A stretch of 64,000 bases of DNA from Candidatus Eiseniibacteriota bacterium (GCA_963703225.1 OY969801.1:2048001-2112000), one strand, 5' to 3'. Shown: positions 42,835 to 53,021, numbered from the stretch's first letter. A program made the numbers and translations. Notes: generated from the sequence alone by a model not told the origin.

Positions 42835-44058
42835 ATGGTGGCCGTAAGCGAAATTCTCCTCGAGTCGGTCCGGGCGCTACAGCGAAACAAGATGCGGGCG
42901 GCGCTCACCATGCTCGGCGTGATCATCGGCGTCGCGTCCGTGGTCGCGACGTTCGCGATCGGCCAGGGAGCGAAGGCACAGGTCCAAGAGCAGATCCGCA
43001 GCCTCGGCTCCAACGTCATCATGGTCTTTTCCGGCTCGAACATGGCGGGGGGTGTTCGAGGCGGGACGGGAACCTTCCAAGCGCTCACGCCCGATGACGC
43101 CAAGGCCATCGTGAGCGAGTGTCCGTCCGTCAAGATCGCCTCGCCCACCGTTCGGACCATGGCGCAGATCGTCGCGGCCGACCAGAACTGGAACACCACG
43201 ATCCAGGGCGGCGACGAGAACTACCTCACGGTTCGGGAGTGGCCGGTCGATTCCGGGCGCTCCTTCACCACCTCCGACGTCCGCGCCGCGGCCAAGGTCT
43301 GCCTCCTCGGAACCACGACCGCTCGCCAGCTCTTCGGCGACGCCGACCCCGTCGGCACCACCATCCGGATCCGGAAGCTCCCCTTTCAGGTGATCGGCGT
43401 CCTGGTCAGCAAGGGAAGCACCTCCTGGGGACAGGATCAGGACGACATCGTGGTCGCGCCGCTGACCACCGTGCAGCAGAAGCTCTTGAATTCGCGGCTT
43501 CGGATCAACTCGATCCTCGTCTCGGCGGCCGACGAATCGCTGGTGGACCAGGCGATCGAGGAGATCACGGCGCTGCTGCGTCAGCGCCACCACTTGGGCC
43601 TGGGCGATCCCGACGACTTCATGGTCCGGTCGCAGGCGGAGATCGCCTCCACCGCGGCGAGCACGTCCCAGGTGATGACGCTCCTCCTCTCGAGCATCGC
43701 GCTCGTCTCCCTGCTCGTCGGCGGGATCGGGATCATGAACATCATGCTCGTCTCGGTGACCGAGCGGACGCGGGAGATCGGCGTCCGCCGCGCGCTCGGC
43801 GCGCGCGGCAACGACATTCTGATGCAATTCCTCGCGGAGTCGGCGCTGGTGAGCCTGATCGGTGGGACGGTGGGAATTGGGCTCGGCATCGGGATCGCCA
43901 AGCTGGTGTCGCGATTCGCCGCGTGGCCGACCCTGATCGGGGTCGACTCCATCGTGATCGCGTTCGGCTTCTCGGCGATGGTCGGGCTCTTCTTTGGATT
44001 CTATCCCGCGCGGACCGCGGCCCGGCTCGACCCCATCGATTCGCTTCGCTACGAGTAG
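42835..44058 (+). CDS. MacB-like ABC transporter permease (no ATPase domain)
   Basis: RAALTMLGVIIGV, GGIGIMNIMLVSVTERTREIG, FFGFYPA..AARLDPIDSLRYE. Confidence 0.93.
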   Translation: MVAVSEILLESVRALQRNKMRAALTMLGVIIGVASVVATFAIGQGAKAQVQEQIRSLGSNVIMVFSGSNMAGGVRGGTGTFQALTPDDAKAIVSECPSVKIASPTVRTMAQIVAADQNWNTTIQGGDENYLTVREWPVDSGRSFTTSDVRAAAKVCLLGTTTARQLFGDADPVGTTIRIRKLPFQVIGVLVSKGSTSWGQDQDDIVVAPLTTVQQKLLNSRLRINSILVSAADESLVDQAIEEITALLRQRHHLGLGDPDDFMVRSQAEIASTAASTSQVMTLLLSSIALVSLLVGGIGIMNIMLVSVTERTREIGVRRALGARGNDILMQFLAESALVSLIGGTVGIGLGIGIAKLVSRFAAWPTLIGVDSIVIAFGFSAMVGLFFGFYPARTAARLDPIDSLRYE

Positions 44059-44546
44059 GTAGGTCCTACGCCCGCCTTCGCCGCCCGGAGCCGGGCGACG
44101 ATCTGGGACGACGATTGTCCCGGCACGAGCGGGACGATCACGACCTTTCCGTTCGCCCGTTCCACCACGTCCCGTCCGACAACCTGGTCGGGCCGGTAGT
44201 CCCCGCCCTTCACGAGCACGTCGGGCAGGAGCTCCCGGATCAGCGTGAGGGGCGTCTCCTCGTCGAAGAGGACCACGCCGTCGACGTCCGCGAGCGCCGC
44301 GAGCACCTGGGAGCGCGCCGCCTCGTCCTGCAAGGGACGTCCCTCCCCCTTCAGCGCTCGGACGGAGCGGTCGGAGTTGAGCCCCACCATCAGGTAGTGC
44401 CCCTCGCGCTTCGCCTGGTGCAACAGGGCGACGTGCCCCGGGTGGAGGACGTCGAAGCATCCGTTGGTGAAGACGAAGGTCTGGGAGAGCGCCCGCGCCG
44501 CGGCCCGGCGGCGGAGCGCGTCGACGTGGGCGAGGACCTCACCCAC
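44049..44546 (-). CDS. rfaE2: D-glycero-beta-D-manno-heptose 1-phosphate adenylyltransferase (HldE domain II)
   Basis: FTNGCFDVLHPGH, GLNSDRSV..LKG, PDVLVKGGDY. Confidence 0.93.
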   Translation of the reverse strand: MGEVLAHVDALRRRAAARALSQTFVFTNGCFDVLHPGHVALLHQAKREGHYLMVGLNSDRSVRALKGEGRPLQDEAARSQVLAALADVDGVVLFDEETPLTLIRELLPDVLVKGGDYRPDQVVGRDVVERANGKVVIVPLVPGQSSSQIVARLRAAKAGVGPTYS

Positions 44547-45567
44547 GCGGGAGATCCTCGAGGGAGCCGATGAGGTCGGCGGCGGTCGCCGCGGCCGTCC
44601 CCAGCTCGGCCACCACGAGGCCGGCCGCGTGGTTGGCCAGGACGCACGCCTCGGGGAGCGACGCCCGCGCGGCGAGCGCGGTCGCGATGACGGCGACGAC
44701 CGTGTCTCCCGCGCCGGTGACGTCGAATACCTTCCGCGCGCGGGTCGGGAAATGGGTGTGCCCCTGACCGGTGAAAAGCGACATGCCGGCCTCGCCGCGG
44801 GTGATGAGGACCGATTCGATTCCGAGGCGGTCGCGCAGTCCGAATCCCGCCTCGATCAAGTCGGACTCGGAGCGGAACCTCCTTCCCCACGCCTCCGAAG
44901 CCTCGGACGCGTTCGGGGTGATCAGGCTGACTCCCCGATAGCGCGGAAAATTCTCTTCCTTCGGATCAACCGCGCTCGGAATGCCGCGCCGCGTGAGCTC
45001 GGGGAGCAGTTGCCCCAAAAGTTCGTGCGTCACGACGCCCTTGCCATAATCGCTGATCAAGACCGCGTCGGCGCCCTCCAGAGCCGCCCGCGTCCGCTCC
45101 CACAGATCGGCGCGCGCGCCGTCGGCGAGCGGCTCCCGGGTTTCCTCGTCGGCTCGAAGGACCTGCTGGTTGTGGGCGATGATGCGGGTCTTGACCGTGG
45201 TCCGCCGAGACCGGTCGCGAACCAATCCGCGCTCGGGATCGACGCCGCGGGCGCGGAGCAGCCGCTCCAGGTCGTTGGCCGCGCCGTCCTCCCCGAGGGC
45301 CCCGATCAAGACGGGCTCGGCGCCGAGCGCGCGCACGTTGTGTGCCACATTCGCGGCGCCCCCCAGGCGGAGCTCCTCTTTGTCTACGTCCACCACCAGA
45401 ACCGGCGCCTCCGGCGAAACGCGCGTCGCGCGTCCCCAGAGGTAGCGATCGAGGATGGCATCTCCGATCACCAGGACGCGCCGTCCGCGGAACGATCCGA
45501 CGCGCTCCGCGAGCGCCTCGCGCGTGAACCGGGGAGCCGCGCTCGCCGCCGCCGTCGGCGGAATCAA
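44539..45567 (-). CDS. rfaE1: Heptose 7-phosphate kinase (HldE domain I; start approximate)
   Basis: VIGDAILDRY, RVSPEAPV, GGAANVA, SDYGKG, FDVTGAGDTV. Confidence 0.93.
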   Translation of the reverse strand: MIPPTAAASAAPRFTREALAERVGSFRGRRVLVIGDAILDRYLWGRATRVSPEAPVLVVDVDKEELRLGGAANVAHNVRALGAEPVLIGALGEDGAANDLERLLRARGVDPERGLVRDRSRRTTVKTRIIAHNQQVLRADEETREPLADGARADLWERTRAALEGADAVLISDYGKGVVTHELLGQLLPELTRRGIPSAVDPKEENFPRYRGVSLITPNASEASEAWGRRFRSESDLIEAGFGLRDRLGIESVLITRGEAGMSLFTGQGHTHFPTRARKVFDVTGAGDTVVAVIATALAARASLPEACVLANHAAGLVVAELGTAAATAADLIGSLEDLPRG

Positions 45568-45863
45568 CGGCCGCCTTCCGGCTCTTCCGGCTGGATCGAG
45601 GCGTCCGGCTCGGGCCGCGCGGCGTAGAAATCGGCGATCAGCGCGCGCGCCTGCTCGGCGTCGTGCTCCAGAACTTCGATCCGACCCCAGTACCCCTTCC
45701 TCATCGCTTCGATGGTGCCTAACCACGGAATCTGCGCCGACACGACCGCCGCTCGGATCCCCTGGCCTTCCAGGAAATCGCGGAGCATCGTCGCGGTCGC
45801 TTCGTCGGGAACCTGATGCACCGGCACGAAGTCCTCCTCGCGCCGCTCCTGCTCCGCGCTCAT
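45564..45863 (-). CDS. DUF2007-like small protein
   Basis: ATMLRDFLEGQGI...IEVLEHDAEQARALI pattern; overlaps both neighbours by 4 nt. Confidence 0.7.
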   Translation of the reverse strand: MSAEQERREEDFVPVHQVPDEATATMLRDFLEGQGIRAAVVSAQIPWLGTIEAMRKGYWGRIEVLEHDAEQARALIADFYAARPEPDASIQPEEPEGGR

Positions 45864-46843
45864 TGTCGATAGCCCTCCGGAAACCTCCCTCGCCATTCCC
45901 ACGCGGTCTCGATCATCAGGTCGAGATCGCCGAATTGCGGGCTCCAGCGTAACACGCGCCGAGCCTCCGCCGACGACGCAATCAGGGTGGGGGGATCACC
46001 CAACCTCCGGGGGGCCGGCTTGGTCGGGACGCTCCGCCGCGTCACCCGCTCCACGGCCGAAACCACCTCCCGAACCGAAGCGCCGCGGTCCGACCCGAGG
46101 TTCAGGATGACGCTGTCGCCGCCCTCCGCCAGGTGACGCGCGGCCCGGATGTGGGCGTCCGCCACGTCGACGACATGCACGTAGTCGCGGACCGCCGTCC
46201 CGTCCGGAGTGGAATAGTCGGTCCCATAGATCGGGACAGGACCTCGCGCCCCGCGCGCGGCGTCGATCAAGAGCGGGATCAGGTGGGTCTCCACGCGATG
46301 GTCTTCCCCGAGATCGATGCTCGCGCCGGCCACGTTGAAGTAGCGGAGGGCGACGAAGCGGAGCTCCCCGCGCTCGGCGCGCTCGCGGAGAACCTCTTCG
46401 AATCGAAGCTTGGTCTCGCCGTAGGGATTTCCGGGCTTCACGGGAGAGCCCTCGTGGAGCGGCATCGGCGCCCGCTCGTCGTAGACCGCGGCGGAGGAGG
46501 AAAAGATGATGTCCCGGACGTTGTGCGCCCGCATGGCGTCGAGGAGGCCGAGCCCCGCTTCGACATTGGCTCTCCGGTAGGAATCGGGATCGGCCACCGA
46601 ATCCGCGACGATCGAGCGCGCGGCGAGGTGGACGACGCAGTCGATCTCCTTCGTCGTGAAGGCCTCGCGCAGCTTGGCAGGGTCTTCCAAACCCCCCTCG
46701 ATCAAGAGCGCGAGCGGCGAGACCGCGTCCTTGTGCCCTGTCGAGAGGTCATCGAGCACGATCGCCGAGTGGCGACCCCGCACCAGCTCCCCGACGACGA
46801 CGCTGCCGATATACCCCGCGCCCCCGACGACGAGGAAATTCAC
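45860..46843 (-). CDS. galE: UDP-glucose 4-epimerase
   Basis: GGAGYIGS, FSSSAAVY, PYGETK, LRYFNVAGA, DGTAVRDYVHV. Confidence 0.93.
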   Translation of the reverse strand: MNFLVVGGAGYIGSVVVGELVRGRHSAIVLDDLSTGHKDAVSPLALLIEGGLEDPAKLREAFTTKEIDCVVHLAARSIVADSVADPDSYRRANVEAGLGLLDAMRAHNVRDIIFSSSAAVYDERAPMPLHEGSPVKPGNPYGETKLRFEEVLRERAERGELRFVALRYFNVAGASIDLGEDHRVETHLIPLLIDAARGARGPVPIYGTDYSTPDGTAVRDYVHVVDVADAHIRAARHLAEGGDSVILNLGSDRGASVREVVSAVERVTRRSVPTKPAPRRLGDPPTLIASSAEARRVLRWSPQFGDLDLMIETAWEWRGRFPEGYRQ

Positions 46844-47550
46844 GACCGCTCGAGGACCTCGCGGATTTGCCGAAACGCCGCCTCGGGGTCGGGGGCGCGA
46901 AAGATGGAGTGCCCCGCCACGAACGTGTCGGCTCCCGCCCGCGCCGCGACCGCCGCGGTCTCGACGGTGATCCCCCCGTCCACTTGCAGGAGGCAATCAT
47001 GCCCACCGGCCTCGATCGCCTCCCGGACGCGCGCGATCCGCTCGGGCGAATCGGCCAGGAAGGGCTGCCCCCCCGCGCCCGGCTCCACCGTCATGATCAG
47101 CGCGATGTCGATCGCGGGCAGCGCGTCGATGAGGCGCGCGATCGGCGTTCCCGGCTTGACGCTCAATCCGGCGCGCAGACCGCGGGCGCGGATCGCGCGC
47201 GCCGCGGCCGCCGGATCCGGGACGGTCTCGACGTGAACGGTCAGGTGGTCGGCCCCGGCCCGGGCGAAGGGCTCGAGGAAGCGCAGCGGCTCGACGATCA
47301 TGAGGTGCACGTCGAGGGGAAGCGGGGTGAGCCGGCGCATCGCCTCGACGAGCAGTGGGCCAAAGGTCAGGTTGGGAACGAACTGTCCGTCCATGACGTC
47401 CACGTGGAGAAAGTCGGCTCCGGCGCGCTCCACGCGCCTGATCTCTTCACCGAGCTTCGCGAAATCCGCGGAGAGGATCGAAGGGCAGACGCGTGGCCGC
47501 CGGGGCCGCGACCAGGTCGAGGCCGCGGGTCCTGGCCCCGGCGCCCTCAT
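46840..47550 (-). CDS. rpe: Ribulose-phosphate 3-epimerase
   Basis: PSILSADF, HVDVMDGQFVPN, DVHLM, VDGGI. Confidence 0.95.
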   Translation of the reverse strand: MRAPGPGPAASTWSRPRRPRVCPSILSADFAKLGEEIRRVERAGADFLHVDVMDGQFVPNLTFGPLLVEAMRRLTPLPLDVHLMIVEPLRFLEPFARAGADHLTVHVETVPDPAAAARAIRARGLRAGLSVKPGTPIARLIDALPAIDIALIMTVEPGAGGQPFLADSPERIARVREAIEAGGHDCLLQVDGGITVETAAVAARAGADTFVAGHSIFRAPDPEAAFRQIREVLERS

Positions 47551-48641
47551 GGGTGGTAGTAGAGCACGAGCGAATCGCGCGGCGCCACGCGATGTCCCGA
47601 CGCGGGATCCTGCCCGGACACGAGGCCGTTCTTCTGCCGCGACCCTCCTTCGCGCAGCGACACGTAGAAGCCCACGTCCCGGAGGCTCCGCGCGGCGGAA
47701 ACGGCGTCGCGCCCCGTCAGGTCGGGGAGGACAAAGGCGCGGGGCAACGGCCCCAGGCTCACCAGAAGGTCGACCGAGGTTTCCTGCTCCACCACCGTTT
47801 CGCCGGGCGGATCGGAGGCGATGATCAGATCCTTGCTCACCTGCTCGGAGTAAGCGCTCGCGGTGCGGCCCATCTTGAGCCCGGCACCTTCGAGCAGGAT
47901 CTCCGCCTGGCGCGCGGTCACTCCATCGAGAATCGGGACGCTGGTACCCTGGGCGCCCAGACTCACGATCACGGAGATTCGACGGCCGCGTTTCACGATT
48001 CCGCCCGCTGTCGGGTCCTGCGCGGTGATGAACCCGCGCGGGACATCGGGGCTCCACTGTTCGGAGATTTTGGAGAGCTTGAGGTCCTCCGCAGCCAGGA
48101 GCCGCTCCGCCTCGCGTTCGCTGAAGCCAATCACCTCCGGGACCCGAACCTCCGCACCCTGGCGCGTGAGGCTCGGCATCAAGATCAGGTTTACAGCGAG
48201 ATAACCCCCCAAGAGCGCGACGGCGGCTAGGAGGAGCGTCCCGGTCAAGAAATTGAACCGGGGACCCCGGCGCCGATCCCCGGGCGGGCCTCCGACTTCA
48301 GGCGCGAGAGAGTCCAGCTCCACCGGCTCAAGCTCGGGGCCCATCGCGATCGGATCCGCGTTGGGATCGATCGACGGAACCCTGGGAATCGGAGGGAGCG
48401 CGATGGGCGCCGCCTCGGGTGGCGCAGATGGCGGCGCTTCGGGAGATGCGGCCGGCGGCGCTTCGGGAGACGCCGAGGTCGGCGCGTCGGGCGACGCGGC
48501 CGGCGGCGTGTCGGGAGACGCGGCCACCGGCGCGGCAGGCTCCGCGGCTACCGGCGCGGCAGGCTCCGCGGCCACCTCCGTCGCGGTCTCAGGGGCCAGC
48601 CCCGCGACTTCGCGGTCCCGCTTTCGCTTTCGGCGGCTCAT
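47547..48641 (-). CDS. Membrane-anchored three-PASTA-domain protein with Pro/Ala-rich N-terminus
   Basis: One TM, then VPEVIG, VPILDG and LPDLTG repeats with Q/SDP...VSLG signatures. Confidence 0.88.
   Translation of the reverse strand: MSRRKRKRDREVAGLAPETATEVAAEPAAPVAAEPAAPVAASPDTPPAASPDAPTSASPEAPPAASPEAPPSAPPEAAPIALPPIPRVPSIDPNADPIAMGPELEPVELDSLAPEVGGPPGDRRRGPRFNFLTGTLLLAAVALLGGYLAVNLILMPSLTRQGAEVRVPEVIGFSEREAERLLAAEDLKLSKISEQWSPDVPRGFITAQDPTAGGIVKRGRRISVIVSLGAQGTSVPILDGVTARQAEILLEGAGLKMGRTASAYSEQVSKDLIIASDPPGETVVEQETSVDLLVSLGPLPRAFVLPDLTGRDAVSAARSLRDVGFYVSLREGGSRQKNGLVSGQDPASGHRVAPRDSLVLYYHP
48408..48575 (-). repeat. Seven degenerate 24-bp coding tandem repeats
   Basis: VAAEPAAP VAAEPAAP VAASPDTP PAASPDAP TSASPEAP PAASPEAP PSAPPEAA. 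Confidence 0.8.
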
Positions 48642-50017
48642 CGTCGTGCCATCCGAGCGGCGAAGACGCCGTCGGTTCCGTGTCGGTGAGGGAACGCGCG
48701 GAACACCGGCTCCGCGGCCGCGAATCCGGGGGGAAGAAACGGCTGGACGTTTTCGCGCGCGAACTCGGGGTGCGTCCTCAAGAACGACTCCACGATCTCG
48801 TCCGTCTCTTCGGGCTCCAAGGAGCAGACACTATACACCAACACCCCGCCAGGCCGGACGAGAGGGGCTGCTCCGTCGAGGAGACCGCGCTGCAGCTCGG
48901 CCATCTCGGGGATCGTCGCCTCCTCCTTTCTCCATCGCGCGTCGGCGCGGCGCCGCAGCACGCCGAGCCCGGTACAGGGCGCGTCGACCAGCACCCGGTC
49001 GAACGGACTGTTGAAGGGGGGCGTCCGGCCGTCGCCGCAGACGACATGAATCCCCGGAAGCCGGAGGCGCTCGACGAGGTTCTCGCGAAGCGCGCGAGCG
49101 CGGCTCATGTGCCGCTCGAGCGCGACCAACCTTCCTCCCGGCGCGATCCGCTCGGCGATCTGCGAGGCTTTCCCTCCCGGAGCGGCGCAGAGGTCGAGCA
49201 CCCGTTCGCCCGGCTTTGGATCGAGGATGATCACGACCGCCGATTCCGCCTCGTCCTGGAGCGTGAGGAGGCCCTGGCGAAAGAGCGGCGACCGGGCCGC
49301 GACAAAGCCCCGCTCGAGCAGGAAGACCGGTCCCCCGTTCGGGCCCGGCGTCGCTTGGTGTCCCTCGGCCTTGAGCGCCTCGACCAGCGCTCCCGGGCTC
49401 GTGCGGTGAAGGTTGGGGCGCACGGAGACATAGGGCTCCGTATTGTCCGACTCCAAGATTCGAGTGGCCTCGTCGATTCCGTAGCGCGCGACCCATCGCT
49501 GGACGAGCCACCGAGGGTGCGAGTGGAGCACCGCGAGGTGGTCGATGGGGTGGGTCGCGATGTCGGGGAGGGGCGCGCGATCCCCCCGCGCGAGGCGTCG
49601 GAGGACCGCGTTCACGAGCCCGGCCGTGCCGGGGTGGCCGTAGCGCTTGGCCAGCTCCACGCTCTGGTCGACCGCCGCCGATTCCGGGATGCGGGTGAGA
49701 ACGAGAATCTGAAACGCGCCCAGTCGAAGCGCCGCCCGGATCGGAGCCGGCAGAGCGGCAATCCCGCCACCGGTGAACGCGTCGAGATGATGATCGAGAA
49801 ACGCACGGCGTCGCAGCGTCCCCTGGACGAGCGCCGTGACGAGCCCCGCATCGGGGCCCGTGAGCCCCGCGTCCCTCAGCTTGGTTTCGAGGAGGCGATC
49901 GGAGTAGGCGCTCCGCCCTTCCGTGGCGAGCAGGATTTGGAGCGCCAACTCGCGGGCGCCGGGAGCGCGGCGGGGCGGTCGGCGCCTCGTGCCCCCCGCG
50001 GGCCGGCCGCGCTTCAC
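48638..50017 (-). CDS. rsmB: 16S rRNA m5C967 methyltransferase
   Basis: NusB-like N-domain; LDLCAAPGGK, DAPCTG, YSVCSL. Confidence 0.94.
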   Translation of the reverse strand: MKRGRPAGGTRRRPPRRAPGARELALQILLATEGRSAYSDRLLETKLRDAGLTGPDAGLVTALVQGTLRRRAFLDHHLDAFTGGGIAALPAPIRAALRLGAFQILVLTRIPESAAVDQSVELAKRYGHPGTAGLVNAVLRRLARGDRAPLPDIATHPIDHLAVLHSHPRWLVQRWVARYGIDEATRILESDNTEPYVSVRPNLHRTSPGALVEALKAEGHQATPGPNGGPVFLLERGFVAARSPLFRQGLLTLQDEAESAVVIILDPKPGERVLDLCAAPGGKASQIAERIAPGGRLVALERHMSRARALRENLVERLRLPGIHVVCGDGRTPPFNSPFDRVLVDAPCTGLGVLRRRADARWRKEEATIPEMAELQRGLLDGAAPLVRPGGVLVYSVCSLEPEETDEIVESFLRTHPEFARENVQPFLPPGFAAAEPVFRAFPHRHGTDGVFAARMARR

Positions 50018-50961
50018 GCCAACACCGGCGGAATCGCGAGCCGGTCTCCGGCCTTCAAGCGAGCGCCGTTCGCATATTCGAATCCAGACATGTCGCGTCG
50101 GCCGCTCGGGCGAACACCGCGAAGCCAGAGGGACCCCTCGCCTGTCGCGATCCGGATACCGCGCGCCGGATCCACCGCGATCACGGTCCCCGGCGCCGCG
50201 CGTCCATCGCCGTCGACCGACGCGGAGGTGACGATGAGGCGCCCCTTGGGAAGCGCCACGTACGCGCCGGGGTTGGGTGTGAACGCGCGGATGCGGCGGA
50301 CGAGCTCCTCCGCGGGGTGGTCGAGCGGAAGCGCGCCCGCGTCTCTTGCGATCTTCGGCGCGTAGGTCGCGAGCGTGGAATCTTGGGGAAAGCGGGCCGC
50401 TTGCCCCCGCTCCAGCCTGTCGAGCGCCTCGACCAGGCATTCCGCTGCCAGATGAGCCAGGCGAGACCCCAAGGATCCCGCGTCTTCCTCCTCCCCGATC
50501 GGAATCGCGCGCGACAAGAAGATGGGGCCCTCGTCGAGCCCCTCGGTCATCCACATCACCGTAACGCCCGTCTCGCGGTCCCCGGCCAGAAGCGCGGCCT
50601 GGATGGGCGAGGCGCCGCGATGACGCGGCAGGAGCGAGTAATGGAGGTTGATCGCGCCCAAACGCGGTGCCGAGAGGAGCGCGGGCGGCAGGATCTGCCC
50701 GTAGGCAACCACGACCAGGAGATCGGGCGCGAGGGAACGAACCCGCTCGATTTCCTCAGGCGCACCGGCGCTTCTCGGTGTCGCGACCGTGAGCTTGAGC
50801 TCTTCCGCCGTTTGGCGGACGGGCGACTTCCCGGACTTGAGACCGCGCCCGCGGGGTCGGTCGGCGCGTGTCACGACGAGCTGGGGGGGATGACCGGCCG
50901 AGATGAGGCGAGCGAGCGGCGGCACCGCGAGCGACGGCGTGCCGTAGAAGACCAGGCGCAC
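50014..50961 (-). CDS. fmt: Methionyl-tRNA formyltransferase
   Basis: FYGTP, VVAYGQIL, NLHYSLLPRHRGASP, GLDEG. Confidence 0.95.
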   Translation of the reverse strand: MRLVFYGTPSLAVPPLARLISAGHPPQLVVTRADRPRGRGLKSGKSPVRQTAEELKLTVATPRSAGAPEEIERVRSLAPDLLVVVAYGQILPPALLSAPRLGAINLHYSLLPRHRGASPIQAALLAGDRETGVTVMWMTEGLDEGPIFLSRAIPIGEEEDAGSLGSRLAHLAAECLVEALDRLERGQAARFPQDSTLATYAPKIARDAGALPLDHPAEELVRRIRAFTPNPGAYVALPKGRLIVTSASVDGDGRAAPGTVIAVDPARGIRIATGEGSLWLRGVRPSGRRDMSGFEYANGARLKAGDRLAIPPVLA

Positions 50962-50969
50962 GGCGCCCG

Positions 50970-51524
50970 CTACAGGGAGGTGTGGAGCCGGGACGACTCG
51001 GATGCCGCTCCGACTGGAGGGCGGACCTTCTTGAGCTTTCCTTCCAGGAGCTTTCGATGGATGGCGCTCAAGCGATCGACGAACAGGACGCCGTCGAGAT
51101 GATCGGTCTCGTGCTGGATCGCGCGGGAGAGCAGCCCCTCCGCCTCGAGACGGAACGGCGTCCCGTTCTCGTCGGTCGCTTCCACGACAATCCGGGCGGC
51201 GCGCTTTACGTCGGCGCGAATTCCGGGGATGCTGAGGCATCCTTCCTCGCCGACCATGGTTCCGGTCCGCTCCACGATGACGGGATTGACGAACGCGCGC
51301 TTCACCCGCTCCGTCCCCGTCTCGCCCACGTCGACCACGAAAACACGCTGGGAGACTCCGACCTGCGGCGCGGCCAGGCCCACGCCCGCTTCCCGGTAGA
51401 GACACTCAAACATGGCTTGGACGAACTTCCGCGTGTCGGACAACGGGGCGGTCACCGGCTCCGCCTTCTTCCGGAGAACGGGATCGCCGTAGTACCGGAG
51501 GGAGAGCGGATCTTTATTCGCCAC
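50970..51524 (-). CDS. def: Peptide deformylase
   Basis: GVGLAAPQVG, EGCLS, QHETDHLDG. Confidence 0.96.
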   Translation of the reverse strand: MANKDPLSLRYYGDPVLRKKAEPVTAPLSDTRKFVQAMFECLYREAGVGLAAPQVGVSQRVFVVDVGETGTERVKRAFVNPVIVERTGTMVGEEGCLSIPGIRADVKRAARIVVEATDENGTPFRLEAEGLLSRAIQHETDHLDGVLFVDRLSAIHRKLLEGKLKKVRPPVGAASESSRLHTSL

Positions 51525-51849
51525 GTCCCAGCACCTGGACGATGGACTCCTTGGAGAATTCCATCTTCACCTCGTCCGCCACTTTCAGCACGACGATTTC
51601 TTCCTTCTCTCCCTTTTTCCCGACGACGGTTCCAAAAACTCCGCCCACGGTCAACACGCGATCGCCTTTGCCGATGGCCTTCCGCATGGCCTCGGTGTCT
51701 TTGGCCTTTCGCTGCTGAGGGCGGATGATCATGAAGTAGAAGATCCCAATCGTGACCGCCAGGATGAAGAACATGTGAAGCATCTGGTCGGCCCCGCTGG
51801 GGGCCGCGGCGGCGGGCGATGCCGCCTGCGCGAAAGCAGCTTTCACCAT
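51514..51849 (-). CDS. yajC: Preprotein translocase subunit YajC
   Basis: FYFMIIRPQQRK, KGDRVLTVGG; follows tgt. Confidence 0.93.
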   Translation of the reverse strand: MVKAAFAQAASPAAAAPSGADQMLHMFFILAVTIGIFYFMIIRPQQRKAKDTEAMRKAIGKGDRVLTVGGVFGTVVGKKGEKEEIVVLKVADEVKMEFSKESIVQVLGRGE

Positions 51850-51878
51850 GGTGACTCCTCGAGGTCTCTGGGGTTGGG

Positions 51879-53021
51879 CTAGCTGGCCCGATTGCGATAG
51901 CGAGCCCGGAACGCCTCCGCGAACCGGCTCCATTCATCGCGTTCGATCGCCGTGCGGGCCTGGGACATGAGTGTCTGGTAAAACGTGAGGTTGTGCAAGG
52001 TCAGCATTCGGTGGGCGAGGATCTCGCCGGCGTGGTGGAGATGGCGCAGATACGCCCTTCCAAATTGGACGCAGGCCTCGCACGCGCATTCGGGATCGAG
52101 CGGCTTGGGATCACCCGCGAACGCGGCGTTCCGGATGTTGATCGGACCTTGAGACGTGAAGACCATGCCGTTTCGCGCGTTTCGGGTTGGGAGCACGCAA
52201 TCGAAGAGGTCGACGCCGAGCGCCACACCATCGAGCAGATCGAGCGGGGTCCCCATCCCCATCAAGTAACGCGGCCGATCGGACGGCAGGACCTCGTTGG
52301 TCGCGCGCACGAGGGCCCACGTCGCCTCCTTCGATTCCCCCACCGACAGACCGCCGATGGCGAATCCGGCGCAGTCGAGACCCGCCGTGCGCTCCGCCAG
52401 CTCCCGGCGCAGCCCAGGGTCGTCCGCCCCCTGCGCGATCGCGAACGCGTGCTGCGGCTTTCCCGTCGGTGTGGAGCACGTCCGGGCACGGCGAAGGGAG
52501 CGCTCGGCCCACCGGATCGAGCGCTCGCCCGCGTCGCGGGCATCCTGGGGATCGACCGGCACGTGCACCGCGTGGTCGAGCGTGACCGCGATGTCGGATC
52601 CGATATCGGCCTGGATCTCCATCGCGCGCTCGGGGGACAGGAATTCCAGATTGCCGTCGAGGTGCGAGCGAAACTCGACCCCTTCCTCGCGGATCGTGAC
52701 GCGCCCTTTGAGGCTCAAGATCTGGTAGCCGCCGCTGTCGGTGAGGATCGGCCCATCCCAGGCCATCATGCGATGGAGGCCGCCGAGCTGGCGGATGAGC
52801 GCGGCTCCGGGCCGAAGCATCAGGTGATAGGTGTTCGCGAGGAGGATCTGGGTCCCCGCGGCGCGGATTTCAGCGGGCGAGAGACCTTTGACGCTCCCCG
52901 CGGTCCCGACCGGCATGAAGGCGGGCGTGCGCGCGACTCCGTGGGCTGTGTGAAGAAGTCCGGCGCGCGGGGTAACCGCCCCACCCCGCTCGAGCACGAA
53001 GAAGGGCGGGCTGAGGCTCAG
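51879..53021 (-). CDS. tgt: tRNA-guanine transglycosylase (start approximate)
   Basis: TPAFMPVGT, NTYHL, TDSGGYQ, GGLSVGE, RYLMGMG, FDCVLPTRNARNG, CACEAC...HNL. Confidence 0.95.
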   Translation of the reverse strand: MSLSPPFFVLERGGAVTPRAGLLHTAHGVARTPAFMPVGTAGSVKGLSPAEIRAAGTQILLANTYHLMLRPGAALIRQLGGLHRMMAWDGPILTDSGGYQILSLKGRVTIREEGVEFRSHLDGNLEFLSPERAMEIQADIGSDIAVTLDHAVHVPVDPQDARDAGERSIRWAERSLRRARTCSTPTGKPQHAFAIAQGADDPGLRRELAERTAGLDCAGFAIGGLSVGESKEATWALVRATNEVLPSDRPRYLMGMGTPLDLLDGVALGVDLFDCVLPTRNARNGMVFTSQGPINIRNAAFAGDPKPLDPECACEACVQFGRAYLRHLHHAGEILAHRMLTLHNLTFYQTLMSQARTAIERDEWSRFAEAFRARYRNRAS

